NCBI GenBank assembly: GCA_002633005.1
Contig: NMRA01000162.1
Location: forward strand, 661,710 to 701,881
Source of the DNA: Phoronis australis
Lineage: Eukaryota > Animalia > Phoronida
Length of the DNA: 40,172 nucleotides
Direction of reading: 5' to 3'
Every line of letters starts with the position of its first letter. Positions within the stretch are counted from its first letter, which is position 1. The position numbers and the translations under genes were made by a program. The notes below the pieces were generated by a model. The model ran no database searches. It had not been told where the DNA came from and worked only from the letters and a program-made list of their open reading frames with translations. This document shows, in pieces, positions 37,601 through 40,172 of this stretch.

Positions 37601-38597
37601 AACAAAACGAAACGTTGACTTTTAAATTGACATTTTTAAGGTTGCAAACAATTATAGGTGATTCTAGGCACTATTTCTAGCATAAGGATTGTACTTCCCA
37701 AAATCAGACCTGTGGCCATTGTCGATAAACTTTTAGTTACCTGTTACGTTTTATGTTATGCTTTTGTCTCTGCAGATATTCTTGGATTTTGCATATTAAG
37801 TGATTTGTTATTCTTGGTGTCATTGCTGTAATTTTAGTTGACAAAGTCTGCTGTTGGAACGTAGACTTTTGTTGTAGTCCTTCCCGGCTATGTAATCACA
37901 TGTTCTTTGGTTGTGTTTCATGATTTGGTAGTGATTTCTATGTTTGTACATTCCATTTTGCTCCCTCAGTTATCGCATAATTGTCATAGACTGAAACGAT
38001 GCAAATAATGAATATATTATTAGCCTCATTTAGTTTTCACTGCATTGTATGCATGACACTTGATGAACTGATTTTTGAAATGTTTCTGGTTTTTAAGATT
38101 TTGATATTTCACTTATGTTCACTTATTTTAAGAAACTAGTGTATTTTAGGAAGTGCATTTTATTTTCTGCAATTAATCACTGTTAATGAAAGGTTACTAG
38201 AACTCTAGTTTCTTAAATCTTTATGAGAATCACTAAATTTGTTACTGTACTCCACTCTTGTTTTAGTGAAAGTCGAAATTTTTGAATGTCTGTCCTATTA
38301 AAACTTATTCCTTCTAGGAAACTTCAGTTTTCAAAAGTTAGTTCCTTGAAAACTTGTGTTCGGAAAACTTAGTTTTCAAAAACTTAAAGTTTGATGACTT
38401 ATCTTTGTTACTAAAAACTTATTCCAAAACTTAAATTTTGCAAAAACTTAATTAATTTGGAACAAGTTTTTTAGAACGAACTTAAGTTTTTAAAACTTAA
38501 GTTTTCAGAAATCTTAAGTTTTTGAAAAAATTAAGTTTTCAGAACTTAGGTTTTTGAAAAACTTAAGTTTTTGAAAACTTAAGTTATGAAAACTTAA
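34676..38597. mobile_element. Foldback/CMC-EnSpm-like element with terminal arrays of palindromic AAAACTTAAGTTTT
   Basis: CCC start; arrays at ~34690-35110 and ~38310-38597, each decaying toward the interior. The right array is interrupted by a Sola3 insertion. Confidence 0.6.
36933..37427. mobile_element. PIF/Harbinger-like MITE
   Basis: Ends GGGCCCTTTCA ... TGAAAGGCCC; internal repeats of CGAAGTTAA in both orientations. Confidence 0.5.
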
Positions 38598-40172
38598 GAG
38601 CATGTTCGCGAATGGACCAGGCAGAGGGTGATAAACGCTATGTCACAGATTCTCTTTATATTTTGTCTGTGAGATGACACTGTCCCCACTGACTCCAGAC
38701 CACCTTTATTTTTTTTCAAAACGCCCCCTTTTGGTTTCCATGGATACTATTTGTTTCCGACAAGTTTTCAGCCTGGAGGCAGTTAAGTTTTAGTAAAATT
38801 CCAACAGTTACGTTACGCAGTGGAAGTAACGTTGAAATATTGAACCTGTGTTATTAATCAGGTGTGACCTTCGACTACTTTATTCATGAAAATTTAAAAG
38901 ATTTCGAAAAATTTTTGTCAGTTTTTAGAGCCGCATAAGAGTAATTTTAGTGATTTTTGAAACTGTCAAAATTGGCTAAATTTGTATCCCGATATCTCAG
39001 CTGGCACAGGTTTCAGAACATTTTAGTGCCAACCAGTGTGTTGAGCTATTTTAGGTCTACAAAATAAGACAAAAAAATTTCCTGGCGCGAACGGATTTCA
39101 TGTCATTTGAAGTAAAAAATGACTGGTGGTTACGCCATTTCAGCTCAGTGAGTAATGCCGACAAACGTCAACAAAAAGTGAACATTTGTTAATAGTTGGC
39201 CAGCAAACGGCGAATGAATTTATCATTCATCAAATTTCGTATTTTCTAGGCACCGAGGGTACACTACTTTATTTCTAAAAAGTGCTCGTAGTCATGGAAT
39301 TAGGATACTTACTACGCAAGTAGCACTAGTTTTGACAGGACACCTTTTGCGAGAGTCGAAATTCAAATCTCACTGGTTTTACAAAGCTCAGTAATCTTAT
39401 TTGCATGGCTAAAAACAAAAAAAAAAAACGCCGACAAATCATTTTCATAACATTTTTCTTCAAAAATTGTGTTGCCCTCTCCCCACTTGCGACGTTCCAA
39501 ATCTTACAGTGCTGTGTGAACAAGATCATATATTTTTTGGTTTTATCTGTGATTGTCCCGTTTACAAAGATGCTTACTGTGGGTTAGCTGTGGAGTGTGT
39601 CTGAGCAAACATTTCTTTAAGAATCTTCAAGTGGTTTTGATGCAGGGCGTTGAAAGCGGAGGACAGTGTCAAGGTGAAAGATTCATTGGCAATTACAGGC
39701 AAGGCAAATGCAAAACCACTGGTCAGAGTCATTCCGTGGACGTTATATAGCCGCCAATGTCACAATAACTTCACTTTTGAAGTGGCATGGCTGGCTAATG
39801 TTATCATTTTGTTATCTGCGCGCATTTTGCTGTGATTGACACAAGTGAAAAATGGGAGACTTTCGAGTAGCAGTGGGGGCTGACAACATGGAACCAGCTA
39901 CCAGTGAGAAGATATTTCACCTGAGCAGTGGGAGGCATAGAGGAATGTACTTGAATAAGTGTGTGTGACTAGTTGCGAGAAGTCTAAAGAAGTGAATTCA
40001 AATTACTTCCCAGTCCTCCAAAGGGCAAAGATACATGTATCCTGTTCCAGGTGATCAGCTATTACTTGACTATATAAATGCCTCATGTTGGAAGCATGAT
40101 CCACTGCAGAGGTCATGTGAAAGAAGTGAGGATGATAAAGGCTGCTTTCAGTATAAAGTGCATAAGTACACG
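38598..40172 (-). mobile_element. Sola3 family B copy 2, running off the window
   Basis: AAAACTTAA|GAGCATGTTCGCGAATGGACCAGGCAG, the same terminus as 19999. Retains two blocks that are deleted in copy 1. Confidence 0.85.

Noticed and set aside
15671-39810. Idea that the 13860 junction is a 24-kb deletion allele joining 15670 to 39811
   Set aside because: The fragment is ~94% identical to 39811-40037, against ~99% for the adjacent duplicated flank, which favours a paralogous source.

Overview
This is AT-rich eukaryotic (metazoan) DNA, not prokaryotic. The frequent TACATGTA motifs and the TE mix suggest a marine invertebrate (inference only). I see no intact protein-coding gene; nearly all ORFs in the supplied track are spurious or TE relics. 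The window is a nest of decayed transposons: three Sola3-type elements or ends (TTAA|GAG termini, transposase relics), two inverted copies of a Sola2-like element, an internally deleted AcademX element with TIRs and a 3-bp TSD, a CCC-ended foldback/CMC-like family built from palindromic AAAACTTAAGTTTT arrays, Penelope, L2/CR1 and RTE-X relics, and several MITEs. There are also remnants of a minus-strand MAM-domain gene and a 1.6-kb near-identical duplication across a single N, probably an assembly artefact. The two most interesting observations are (1) a ~300-bp element combining a tRNA-derived Pol III head, a Penelope-type hammerhead ribozyme core and 60-bp inverted arms that begin at the predicted cleavage site, and (2) palindromic arrays repeatedly used as TTAA landing pads by Sola elements. 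All family calls come from motif recognition by eye, without database searches.
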